A stretch of 46,871 nucleotides of DNA from Herbaspirillum sp. (GTDB taxonomy: Bacteria; Pseudomonadota; Gammaproteobacteria; Burkholderiales; Burkholderiaceae_D). Position numbers and translations under genes: made by a program. Under the pieces are notes generated by a model, which saw only the letters and a program-made list of their open reading frames with translations, made no database searches and was not told the DNA's origin. Position 1 is the first letter of the stretch, and each line of letters starts with the position of its first letter. Shown here piece after piece: positions 37,775-45,512 of this stretch. The stretch spans positions 1-46,871 of the forward strand of contig JAFAMT010000416.1 of the NCBI GenBank assembly GCA_019233085.1. The letters are read 5' to 3'.

Positions 37775-38789
37775 GCATGTTTTCCCCTCCATTCAGGTGG
37801 GCGTCGTCCAATATCCTGGATCCTCGCTGTCAGCGATTCACGGCCTGGGCGACCTTTTCGCGTTTGCAAACCGGTTCGCTGCCGAGCAGCAGGGAAATGG
37901 CGGGCCGTTCATACGAGTCAGCCACTGGCGTTCCAAGGCTTCGGGCAAGGCTCCTGTTCGAGTTGACGAGAACGCCTCTGACACCGGCTCAACTGAGCAG
38001 CTGACGGTCGTGATACTGCCGCCCCGGCTTGGCGAGCAGATTACCCGCGCGGAGGCTCTTCCCTACCTCGATTGGTTACGCGAGAACCACGGCAATGGCA
38101 CGTTGCTCAGCTCTGTGTGCGGCGGTGCATTCCTGCTTGCCGAAACGGGATTGCTTGCCGGACGTCCCGTGACCACGCACTGGGCGCATGCGGAACTCTT
38201 TCGTCATCGCTTTCCCGATGTGCAACTGGATACCGACAAACTGGTCATCGACGATGGCGACATCATCAGCGCTGGCGGCGTCATGGCCTGGGTGGACCTG
38301 GGCCTGTGGCTGGTCAACCGATTCTTCGGGGAAACCGTCATGGGCCAGACCGCGCATTTCATGTTGGCGGATCCCCCGGCACGCGAGCAGCGTTTCTACA
38401 GTACGTTCTCGCCCAACTTGATGCACGGGGATGCAGCTGTGCTGAAGGTCCAGGAGTGGATACGCTCTACCGGGGCCAAAGAGGTGACCATCTCGGCTCT
38501 TGCAGAATTGGCCGGACTGGAGGAGCGCACCTTCCTGCGGCGTTTTCGGAAGGCGACCAATTTCACGGCGGTCGACTACTGCCAGAGACTGCGGGTCGAC
38601 AAGGCGCGCGAGCTCTTGCAGTTCACCATCCAGCCCATCGAGACGATTGCCTGGGAAGTCGGTTACACCGATACCGGTGCCTTTCGCAAGATCTTTACGC
38701 GGATCACCGGCTTGTCTCCCGGGGAATATCGTCAGCGTTTCAACGTGGGAAGAAAGCCGGCCAGCCTCCCGGCTCACCGGGGAAGCTGA
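37773..38789 (+). CDS. GlxA-family regulator
   Basis: SVCGGAFLLAETGLL.GR.VTTHW, DDGDIISAGG, ERTFLRRF, VGYTDTGAFRKIF. Confidence 0.9.
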   Translation: MHVFPSIQVGVVQYPGSSLSAIHGLGDLFAFANRFAAEQQGNGGPFIRVSHWRSKASGKAPVRVDENASDTGSTEQLTVVILPPRLGEQITRAEALPYLDWLRENHGNGTLLSSVCGGAFLLAETGLLAGRPVTTHWAHAELFRHRFPDVQLDTDKLVIDDGDIISAGGVMAWVDLGLWLVNRFFGETVMGQTAHFMLADPPAREQRFYSTFSPNLMHGDAAVLKVQEWIRSTGAKEVTISALAELAGLEERTFLRRFRKATNFTAVDYCQRLRVDKARELLQFTIQPIETIAWEVGYTDTGAFRKIFTRITGLSPGEYRQRFNVGRKPASLPAHRGS

Positions 38790-38852
38790 CCGTCCAGTGA
38801 CACCCGCTGGCCAGGAAGGCCACTAGCGCCCCCCACGCCGACAACGAGCTGC

Positions 38853-39494
38853 TCAGCTCTCGAATGGGGCGGCATCAATCAGGTCGCAGACGTTCGGGCA
38901 GTCGAAGCCATGAACGTGACGGCGACCGATGTCTACCAGGCCTGTCCCCAATGCATGATGAGGTTTCTTGCGGGTCACCTCGGCGACGGCCTCCTGGAAT
39001 GCAGCTTTCATGCCCAGGCGCGGATAGAGCGCCAGGGTGTCATCGACCAGGGACGGCGTGATTTCCTCAAGACGCAGACCGAACACGTCCACGTGCGCAC
39101 CGAAGTGCAACAGCGCAATCTCAGGCGCCTTGCGGTCGGCGATGCCGGCGCTCGAATGCAGAGCGATGGCATCCCACACCAATTCGGCTTTTTTCTCCGG
39201 GTAAGCATTTGCCAGCAGGAATTCGCTGGCCGCATCGGCGCCGTCGACCTCAAAACGCGCTTCGCGGGAGAACTCTTGCGTCAGGCCCAGATCGTGTAGG
39301 ACCGACGCCAGGTAAAGCGCCTCACGGTCGTACTTCAGACCACGTCGTATGCCGATGAAATCGGAAAACCACCAGGAGCGGTGCAAGTGGTGCTGCATGG
39401 AAATGTTATGGACTTTCTTGATGAGATCCGCCGCTTTACGGGTCAGTTCTGTGTCCGGTGCCGTGATGCCGCCGATGGTGACGGGTCTGTTCAT
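38853..39494 (-). CDS. HD-domain metal-dependent hydrolase (paralog of 31705..32328)
   Basis: HHLHRSW, SVLHDLGL, RFEVDGA, VWDAIALHS, YPRLGMK. Confidence 0.85.
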   Translation of the reverse strand: MNRPVTIGGITAPDTELTRKAADLIKKVHNISMQHHLHRSWWFSDFIGIRRGLKYDREALYLASVLHDLGLTQEFSREARFEVDGADAASEFLLANAYPEKKAELVWDAIALHSSAGIADRKAPEIALLHFGAHVDVFGLRLEEITPSLVDDTLALYPRLGMKAAFQEAVAEVTRKKPHHALGTGLVDIGRRHVHGFDCPNVCDLIDAAPFES

Positions 39495-39550
39495 GATGGG
39501 TTTCCTGAAATGGATTGATGTACAAAACCCATTGTAGGGAACGTTCGATT

Positions 39551-39587
39551 GGCATAAATGACTGTTTTCAGTTTATTTGTGCCAGAA
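39551..39587. promoter_or_regulatory. Putative GlxA-type operator between divergent HD and GlxA genes
   Basis: GGCATAAATGAC-N17-TGCCA, the same spacing as the boxes at 32393 and 34319. Confidence 0.55.
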
Positions 39588-39615
39588 TGATTTTCCCTTG
39601 CATGGAGAGAAAAAC

Positions 39616-40608
39616 ATGAAGTCCAGAAAGCGCGTGGTAATTCTAGGCCTGCCTCCGGTCGATGCCCTGGACGTCATTGGTCCGGCTGAAGTGTTCGCCT
39701 ACGCCAATCGGCTCAGTGCGGCGAAGTCCGAACCGTATTCAGTCGAACTTGTTTGCGCCAGTGCGGATATCTATGTGGAAAGCGAGACCGGTATTGGTCT
39801 GCGGGCTCATCGAACTCTTGCGCAAGAGCGTCAGTCAGGAAAGCCCATCGACACCCTGATTGTTGCAACGGGTTTTGCAGCCTTGGGGCACTTGGATGCC
39901 TCTGCAATAGCGTGGATACGCAAGCGCGCGCGGACGATAAGGCGAGTGTGTTCCATCTGCGTAGGTTCCTTCGTCCTTGCCGAGGCAGGCCTGTTGGACG
40001 GGCGGAGAGCGACCACGCATTGGCGCATGGCGCGACAGTTGGCTGACACCTACCCGCTGGTCCAAGTCGACCCCTTACCCATCTGGGTCAAGGACGGAAA
40101 CATCTATACGTCCGCTGGCATTTCTGCCGGTATCGACCTCGCACTTTCCCTGGTGGGAGAAGACCTTGGTGACCAGGCCGCACTGGAGGTCGCCAAGAAC
40201 CTCGTGCTGTTTCTCAGGCGTCCTGGCGGGCAAGCGCAATTCAGCGTTTCCCTGAAATCGCAACAAGTATCCAGTTCCAGCCTCGGCGCCTTGTGTCTGT
40301 GGATCAGTGAGAATCTGGAATCCGATTTGACGGTCGAAAGACTGGCTGACCACATGTCCATGAGCGTGAGGACGTTGATCCGTACCTTCCAGCGGGAGCT
40401 CGGCACAACCCCTGCGAAGTATGTGGAGGACGTGCGCCTGGAAGCGGTAAGCAGGGCGCTGGAGTTTGGCGGGCAGTCGCTGGAGGACATTGCCCGCAGA
40501 TGTGGCTATAACAGTGTCGATGTACTTCGCAAGGCTTTCACCAGGCGGGTCGGATTGAGCCCCAAGGACTACGTGCAACGGTTTTCTGCAAACAGCGATT
40601 TTTCATGA
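39616..40608 (+). CDS. GlxA-family regulator
   Basis: LDVIGPAEVF, SICVGSF, ATTHW, YTSAGISAGIDLAL, RRPGGQAQFS. GGAG RBS before 39616. Confidence 0.9.
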   Translation: MKSRKRVVILGLPPVDALDVIGPAEVFAYANRLSAAKSEPYSVELVCASADIYVESETGIGLRAHRTLAQERQSGKPIDTLIVATGFAALGHLDASAIAWIRKRARTIRRVCSICVGSFVLAEAGLLDGRRATTHWRMARQLADTYPLVQVDPLPIWVKDGNIYTSAGISAGIDLALSLVGEDLGDQAALEVAKNLVLFLRRPGGQAQFSVSLKSQQVSSSSLGALCLWISENLESDLTVERLADHMSMSVRTLIRTFQRELGTTPAKYVEDVRLEAVSRALEFGGQSLEDIARRCGYNSVDVLRKAFTRRVGLSPKDYVQRFSANSDFS

Positions 40609-40616
40609 ATTGGTCC

Positions 40617-40650
40617 TTGACTCAATTTGGATTAGGACTATAATCCAAAT
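40617..40650 (+). promoter_or_regulatory. Sigma70 promoter overlapped by a TetR-type operator
   Basis: TTGACT (40617) N16 TATAAT (40639). Perfect inverted repeat ATTTGGATTA-N6-TAATCCAAAT at 40625-40650. Confidence 0.8.
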
Positions 40651-40678
40651 AACGATAACCCATATCGAAAGACCCACC

Positions 40679-41248
40679 ATGAGAAAGTCGAAGGCTGATG
40701 CAGCCCTGACACGACAGCAAATCGTCAGTACCGCTGCGAACGAATTCCGGCTCAATGGCATCACAGCGACCGGGATCGTACCGCTGATGTCCAAGGTGGG
40801 GCTGACGCAAGGCGGCTTCTACAAGCACTTCGAATCAAAGGACCAATTGGTCGCAGAGGCCTGCACGGTCGCCCTGGAGGGATTGGTCACCAAATTCAGG
40901 CTGGCCTCGGCCGCCGGCGGAGAAGACGGCTTTATGTCGATCATCGACAGTTACCTCTCCGAAGCCCATCGCGACAATCAAGAGCAAGGCTGTCCGTTGG
41001 CGGCAATGGGAAGTGAGTTGGTCAGGGCAGGTGAGGTCACGCGCCAAGCCTCCTCACAGGGATTCAATGACCTGGTTGAGGTCATGAGAAAAAGCCTCGG
41101 CCGACTAGGAGAAGAGCAGGCGCGGTCGCAAGCGGTTTTTGCGATGGCGGCCATGGTAGGAGCGCTGACGATGTCGCGCATCATGCTTGACGAAGAGGCA
41201 GCCTCTACCGTGCTGAACGACGTCAAGCACCACCTGAGTTTGGTTTGA
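40679..41248 (+). CDS. TetR/AcrR-family regulator
   Basis: TRQQIV..A..EFR..G, GLTQGGFYKHFESKDQLV, GCPLAA. Start set at MRKSKA. Confidence 0.92.
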   Translation: MRKSKADAALTRQQIVSTAANEFRLNGITATGIVPLMSKVGLTQGGFYKHFESKDQLVAEACTVALEGLVTKFRLASAAGGEDGFMSIIDSYLSEAHRDNQEQGCPLAAMGSELVRAGEVTRQASSQGFNDLVEVMRKSLGRLGEEQARSQAVFAMAAMVGALTMSRIMLDEEAASTVLNDVKHHLSLV

Positions 41249-41254
41249 AGCGCA

Positions 41255-41280
41255 GCCGGACTTCATCCGGCCATTTTTTT
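41255..41280 (+). terminator. Intrinsic terminator after tetR
   Basis: GCCGGA-CTTCA-TCCGGC followed by CA and a T7 run. Confidence 0.6.
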
Positions 41281-41327
41281 ACCCCTAATTGTGCATATGC
41301 ACTTTTATAGTTCCCTGGAGATACATC

Positions 41328-42212
41328 ATGACTCAACGCAAATACCTGATCACGGCCGCTACCGGCAAAACCGGCGTCCATACCATCAACCAGCTGCTCA
41401 AGCAGGGCCATGCAGTCCGTGCCATGGTGCATGGCAAAGACGAACGCAGTGAGACCCTGCGCAAGGCTGGCGCAGAAATCGTAGTCGGTGACCTGCTGGA
41501 ACACGATGACGTACTGCGGGCCGTGGACGGGGTATCGGCCGCCTACCTGTGCTATCCGGTCCGTCCCGGCTTCATCCAGGCCACAGCCTACTTTGCGGAT
41601 GCTGCCCAGCGCGCGGGCCTCGACGTGGTGGTCAGCATGTCGCAGATTTCGGCGCGCGAGGACTCGCAAAGCCACGCCGCCCGCGACCACTGGATTGCAG
41701 AACGCGTGCTGGACTGGTCGGACGTGCCGGCGGTGCATCTGCGTCCCAGCCTGTTCTCCGAATGGCTGACCTTCCCTTGGGTCCGCGATCGCCTGGTCGA
41801 AGAGGGGAAGATCACACTGCCGTTCGGCGAAGGTCGCCACGCGCCCATCGGCGCCGAAGACCAGGCGCGGCTCATCGCCACCATCCTGACCAATCCCTCC
41901 ACACACGTTGGCAAGACCTACCCGCTCTATGGCCCTGTGGAGTTCAGTCAGCAGGAGCTGGCCGCTGATCTGAGCCGTATTCTGGGCCGTGACATCGTCT
42001 ATAGCCCGAGCAGCCTTGAGCAATACCGCGCGTATTTGAATACCTTCAATCTGCCTGAATTCCTCGTGCAGCATTTCGTCGCCATTGCGGTCGACTACCA
42101 GAACGGGATTTTCTCGGGGGTCGATGGTGTGATTGGCGAGATCACCGGTCAAGCACCGCAGACCGTCGAACAGTTCGTCAAGGCCAACATTGAGGCATTC
42201 CAGCGCGCATAG
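41328..42212 (+). CDS. NmrA-like atypical SDR / NAD(P)-binding protein
   Basis: YLITAATGKTG, AEIVVGDL, HWIAERVLDWS, HLRPSLF. GGAG RBS. Confidence 0.88.
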   Translation: MTQRKYLITAATGKTGVHTINQLLKQGHAVRAMVHGKDERSETLRKAGAEIVVGDLLEHDDVLRAVDGVSAAYLCYPVRPGFIQATAYFADAAQRAGLDVVVSMSQISAREDSQSHAARDHWIAERVLDWSDVPAVHLRPSLFSEWLTFPWVRDRLVEEGKITLPFGEGRHAPIGAEDQARLIATILTNPSTHVGKTYPLYGPVEFSQQELAADLSRILGRDIVYSPSSLEQYRAYLNTFNLPEFLVQHFVAIAVDYQNGIFSGVDGVIGEITGQAPQTVEQFVKANIEAFQRA

Positions 42213-42223
42213 GAATTCAAGTC

Positions 42224-42521
42224 ACGAGAGCCGCCGCAAACGCCATCGTTATCAATGGCGGGCCATCAGGTTTGGGGCGTGGCCTGACAGCGGCATACCC
42301 TGCCAAAGGCAATAAGTTCATCATTGGCACCCGCCGCAAGGCGCTGCTGGACGAGGTGGCGAAACCGGACCAGGGTATGGACAAGATCGAACTCGACCTC
42401 CATGACCCCGCGCAGAGACAGCGCGTATCGGCAGCTGCACGACGGGGCTGATCCGAACGAGGAGCATGTGCTCAGGTATCTGAGTCAGATGTCTGTCTAT
42501 GCGCCCCTGCCTTCGCCCTGA
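42224..42521 (+). pseudogene. Degraded short-chain dehydrogenase (DltE-like SDR) remnant
   Basis: From ACG at 42224 (after AGGA): ..NAIVINGGPSGLGRGLTAAYPAKGNKFIIGTRRKALLDEVAKPDQGMDKIELDLHDP, a decayed TGGxSGIG Rossmann start. The sequence then continues in another frame as a C-terminus-like ..GADPNEEHVL..PLPSP*. The catalytic core is missing. Confidence 0.65.
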
Positions 42522-42529
42522 GAAAATGA

Positions 42530-42555
42530 CCGGCCGCTGGCGTTCCAGCGGCCGG
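42530..42555 (-). terminator. Intrinsic terminator after the second isochorismatase gene
   Basis: CCGGCCGCTGG-CGTT-CCAGCGGCCGG, 11-bp stem, followed on the minus strand by TCATTTTCT. Confidence 0.65.
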
Positions 42556-42563
42556 CGCAACAA

Positions 42564-43193
42564 CTACATCTTTCCGATGGCGCGTTGATTGGAATAATAA
42601 ATATTATCGCGGGGAGCATGGACACCGCTATCAAGTCTGGCTATCCACTGTTCAGTGGACATGACAGCGGCGTACGCAGATTCAATCACTACCGTCGTGG
42701 CAGTGTGCAGATCCCTGGCTGATGCCGCCCCACCGTTGTTCTTGTAGGGCAGGGAGCCGGCCGCATCTGGCAGAAATTCAGCGTGATAGCCGCGATGCAT
42801 TGCCTCACGAATGGTCGCATCGACGCAATTGTGCGACATGTATCCGATCACCGTCAGCGTATCAATGCCGTTTTCCTTTAGCCAAGGTTCGAATCCTGCG
42901 TCGGAAAAAGTGCTGGGCAGTGCTTTGGTGGAAAGGTAGTCGAAATCTCTGCCAGTCACGACAGGGTGCAGCTTCACACCCTCGCTACCTTCGGCAAAGA
43001 TGGGAGCGTCCGCCGGCAGAACGTGCTGGACGACGGCAATCAAGACGCCCGCCGCTTTTGCCGCATCCATCGCTTTGCCGATGTTGGCCAGCGACGAAGC
43101 AACTGGTGGATATTCAATACGGAAATTGCCGGTGATGTAGTCGTTCTGGATATCGATTACAACCAGAGCGCGCTTTGCTGCCTTATTGGACAT
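42564..43193 (-). CDS. Isochorismatase-family cysteine hydrolase
   Basis: ALVVIDIQNDY, TKALPSTF, GYMSHNCVDAT, LPDAAG. Confidence 0.88.
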   Translation of the reverse strand: MSNKAAKRALVVIDIQNDYITGNFRIEYPPVASSLANIGKAMDAAKAAGVLIAVVQHVLPADAPIFAEGSEGVKLHPVVTGRDFDYLSTKALPSTFSDAGFEPWLKENGIDTLTVIGYMSHNCVDATIREAMHRGYHAEFLPDAAGSLPYKNNGGAASARDLHTATTVVIESAYAAVMSTEQWIARLDSGVHAPRDNIYYSNQRAIGKM

Positions 43194-43430
43194 GGGTAAG
43201 CCTCAGAAAAATAGCATTGAACATACTGAGCCGCCAGCAGTTCGTCTGTGCGGCTCTAGCTAAATTCTAGGAGGCAGTCGGTCAGCGTGGAAACAGGAAT
43301 ATCCGCAACTTCAGATTGCAGAAATGCGATGGACACAGGGCGATTTTCCATGCCGTCTAGTTCAATGCAGTACCAGACCAAACCCAATGGAATAGAGCGG
43401 TGGAACTGCTTGCTGCCGGATCAGTATCTG

Positions 43431-43480
43431 GGGCCTGTTCACATTCAATCTACGAGTGCAGATTGAATGTGAACAGGCCC
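43431..43480. repeat. Perfect 21-bp palindrome, REP/MITE-like
   Basis: GGGCCTGTTCACATTCAATCT-ACGAGTGC-AGATTGAATGTGAACAGGCCC; the right end reads CCCTAG. Confidence 0.75.
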
Positions 43481-43908
43481 TAGAAGCGATGGGCTAGCGT
43501 GGTCAGCTCACTACGCAACTTCGAAGAATTCAAGCTTCCCATGTTGTGCTCGAACTCTGCCTGCGCGTTCTTCCAATAGATTTCCGCCTCTTTGAATTTC
43601 TTCGAGCCATCTGCAGACAAAGAAAGCGCGCGCCTGCGCAAATTGTCGGGATCCGCGGATTGGTCCACATACCCGTCCCGCGTGAGCGGCTGGATTGCTC
43701 GCACCAGGCTGGTCCGGTCCATCACCAGCTCATCTGACAGATCCTGCATGCCGATACCCGGTCGTTCGTGAATGACAGCGAGCACGCTAAACTGCACGCA
43801 ACTCAGACCTGATGGCGCAAGATGGCGGTCGTAGAGCGCCGATATGGCGCGGGTAGCCTTTCTCAGCGCAAGACAGTTGCAGGATGCGATTGTGATCATG
43901 GGAGCCAT
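43480..43908 (-). CDS. MarR-family regulator
   Basis: CNCLALRKATRAISALYD..L...GL...QFSVL, MDRTSLVRAIQPL, D..RRRALSLS..G. Start 43908 or 43899. Confidence 0.9.
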   Translation of the reverse strand: MAPMITIASCNCLALRKATRAISALYDRHLAPSGLSCVQFSVLAVIHERPGIGMQDLSDELVMDRTSLVRAIQPLTRDGYVDQSADPDNLRRRALSLSADGSKKFKEAEIYWKNAQAEFEHNMGSLNSSKLRSELTTLAHRF

Positions 43909-44051
43909 ATTTTTGATTTCTCGCAGCGAGATTACCGCAAAAAATATGGCAGAGCCAATGTGGCGTGCTGTGAGAACGAGACCACTGAGGCCATGCCTGG
44001 TCAGGACAAAAACCGCTCCCCACCACGGGCAGCGGTACTCCACAGTGAGCG

Positions 44052-45512
44052 TCAGTCCTTGCGTGCGATCTGCTCGCCGGACGTCGGCATCGGATCTTTC
44101 CATCCACCCCCCAGGGCCTTGTACAGGGCGATGCGGTTCTGCACTTCGGCCAGGCCGGTGCGGATGGTCTGCTGCTGTGTGGCAAACCAGGCACGCTGGG
44201 CGTCGAGGTAGTCGAGATAGCTGGCTTCGCCGCTGTCGTAGCGCAGCTTGGCCAGGTCGTGGCGCTGCTGCTCGGCGCGCTCCTGGGCCTGCACCGCGCG
44301 CAGTTCGGCGCCCAGTGTGGCGCGGCCGGCCAGGGCGTCGGCCACTTCGCGGAAGGCCGCTTGAATCGTCTTCTCGTACTGGGCCACGGCGATGTCACGA
44401 TCGGCCTTGGCCACACCGAGATTGGCGCGATTACGGCCACCATCAAAAATGGGCAGGCTGATCGAGGGCAGGAAGCTCCATGACCGGCTGCCCGATTCGA
44501 ACAGGCCATTCAACTCGCTGCTGGCCGAACCGAAGCTGCCGGTCAGGCTGATGCGCGGGAAGAACGCCGCCCGGGCCACGCCGATGTTGGCGTTGGCCGC
44601 GCGCAGCAGGGCTTCCTGCTGGGCGATGTCGGGGCGCGCCGTCAACAGGTCCGAGGGCAGGCCGGCCGGCAGTTCGGCCATCACACTGGCGTTCCAGGAG
44701 GTGTCGGGGCCGGGCAGCAGTGCCGCCGGCACCGGCTGGCCGAGCAGCAGCACCAGGGCATTTTCATCCAGGGCGCGCTGGCGCTGCGCCTGCAGCACGG
44801 CGATGCGGGCGGCTTCGAGCAGCGAATCGGATTGGCGCAGGTCGTAGTCGGAACTGGCGCCCATGTCACGCAGGCTGACCTGGCGCTGGTGCGAGGCAGT
44901 GCGGCTGTCCAGCGTCTGGCGGGCCAGGGCCAGCAGACGCTCGTCGGCCACCAGCGCCTCATAGCTGTAGGCGACCTGGGCTACCACGCTGATCTGTGTG
45001 GTCTTGCGTGCCTCGTCGGTGGCGTTGAAACGTTCCAGGGCGGCGCCGCTGAGGTTGCGCACCCGACCGAACAGGTCCAGCTCGAAGGCGGTCACTCCCA
45101 GGCCCACGTTGTAGGCGGTGGTCAGGCCACCCTTGCCGGCCGGGGCGACGTCGTTTGGCGTTTGCTGGCGGGCGCCGGAGACGCCCAGGTTCAGCGTGGG
45201 GAGGCGGTCGGCCGACTGCACCTGGTACAGCGAACGGGCGCGTTCGATGTTCAGGGCAGCCACGCGCAGGTCGCGGTTATGCTCCAGTGCCAGGGCGATG
45301 AGCTGCCGCAGCGACGCGTCGCGGAAGAACTCCTGCCAGGGCAGGCTGGCGGCCGGGGTGTTGCCCGCCGCGTCAGCCGGGGCGGCTGCCAGGTTCCCGG
45401 GCCACTGGGTCTGCACCGGCAGGTCCGGCCGTTCGTAGGTGGGCGCCAGCGAGCAGCCGGCCAGCAGGGTGGCCAGCAGCGACGCTGCACCCAGGTGCTT
45501 GATGATGTTCAT
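44052..45512 (-). CDS. RND efflux outer-membrane lipoprotein, NodT/OprM family
   Basis: Lipobox LAGC-SLAP.Y.RP, NRDLRVA, FELDLFGR, PAGLPSDLL.ARPDI, ALYKALGGGW. ATGA overlap with the RND stop. Confidence 0.93.
   Translation of the reverse strand: MNIIKHLGAASLLATLLAGCSLAPTYERPDLPVQTQWPGNLAAAPADAAGNTPAASLPWQEFFRDASLRQLIALALEHNRDLRVAALNIERARSLYQVQSADRLPTLNLGVSGARQQTPNDVAPAGKGGLTTAYNVGLGVTAFELDLFGRVRNLSGAALERFNATDEARKTTQISVVAQVAYSYEALVADERLLALARQTLDSRTASHQRQVSLRDMGASSDYDLRQSDSLLEAARIAVLQAQRQRALDENALVLLLGQPVPAALLPGPDTSWNASVMAELPAGLPSDLLTARPDIAQQEALLRAANANIGVARAAFFPRISLTGSFGSASSELNGLFESGSRSWSFLPSISLPIFDGGRNRANLGVAKADRDIAVAQYEKTIQAAFREVADALAGRATLGAELRAVQAQERAEQQRHDLAKLRYDSGEASYLDYLDAQRAWFATQQQTIRTGLAEVQNRIALYKALGGGWKDPMPTSGEQIARKD

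Noticed and set aside
43301-43330. LysR-like T-N11-A dyad (TTGCAGAAATGCGA) upstream of the second isochorismatase
   Set aside because: The motif is too degenerate, and no divergent LysR gene or remnant could be read.
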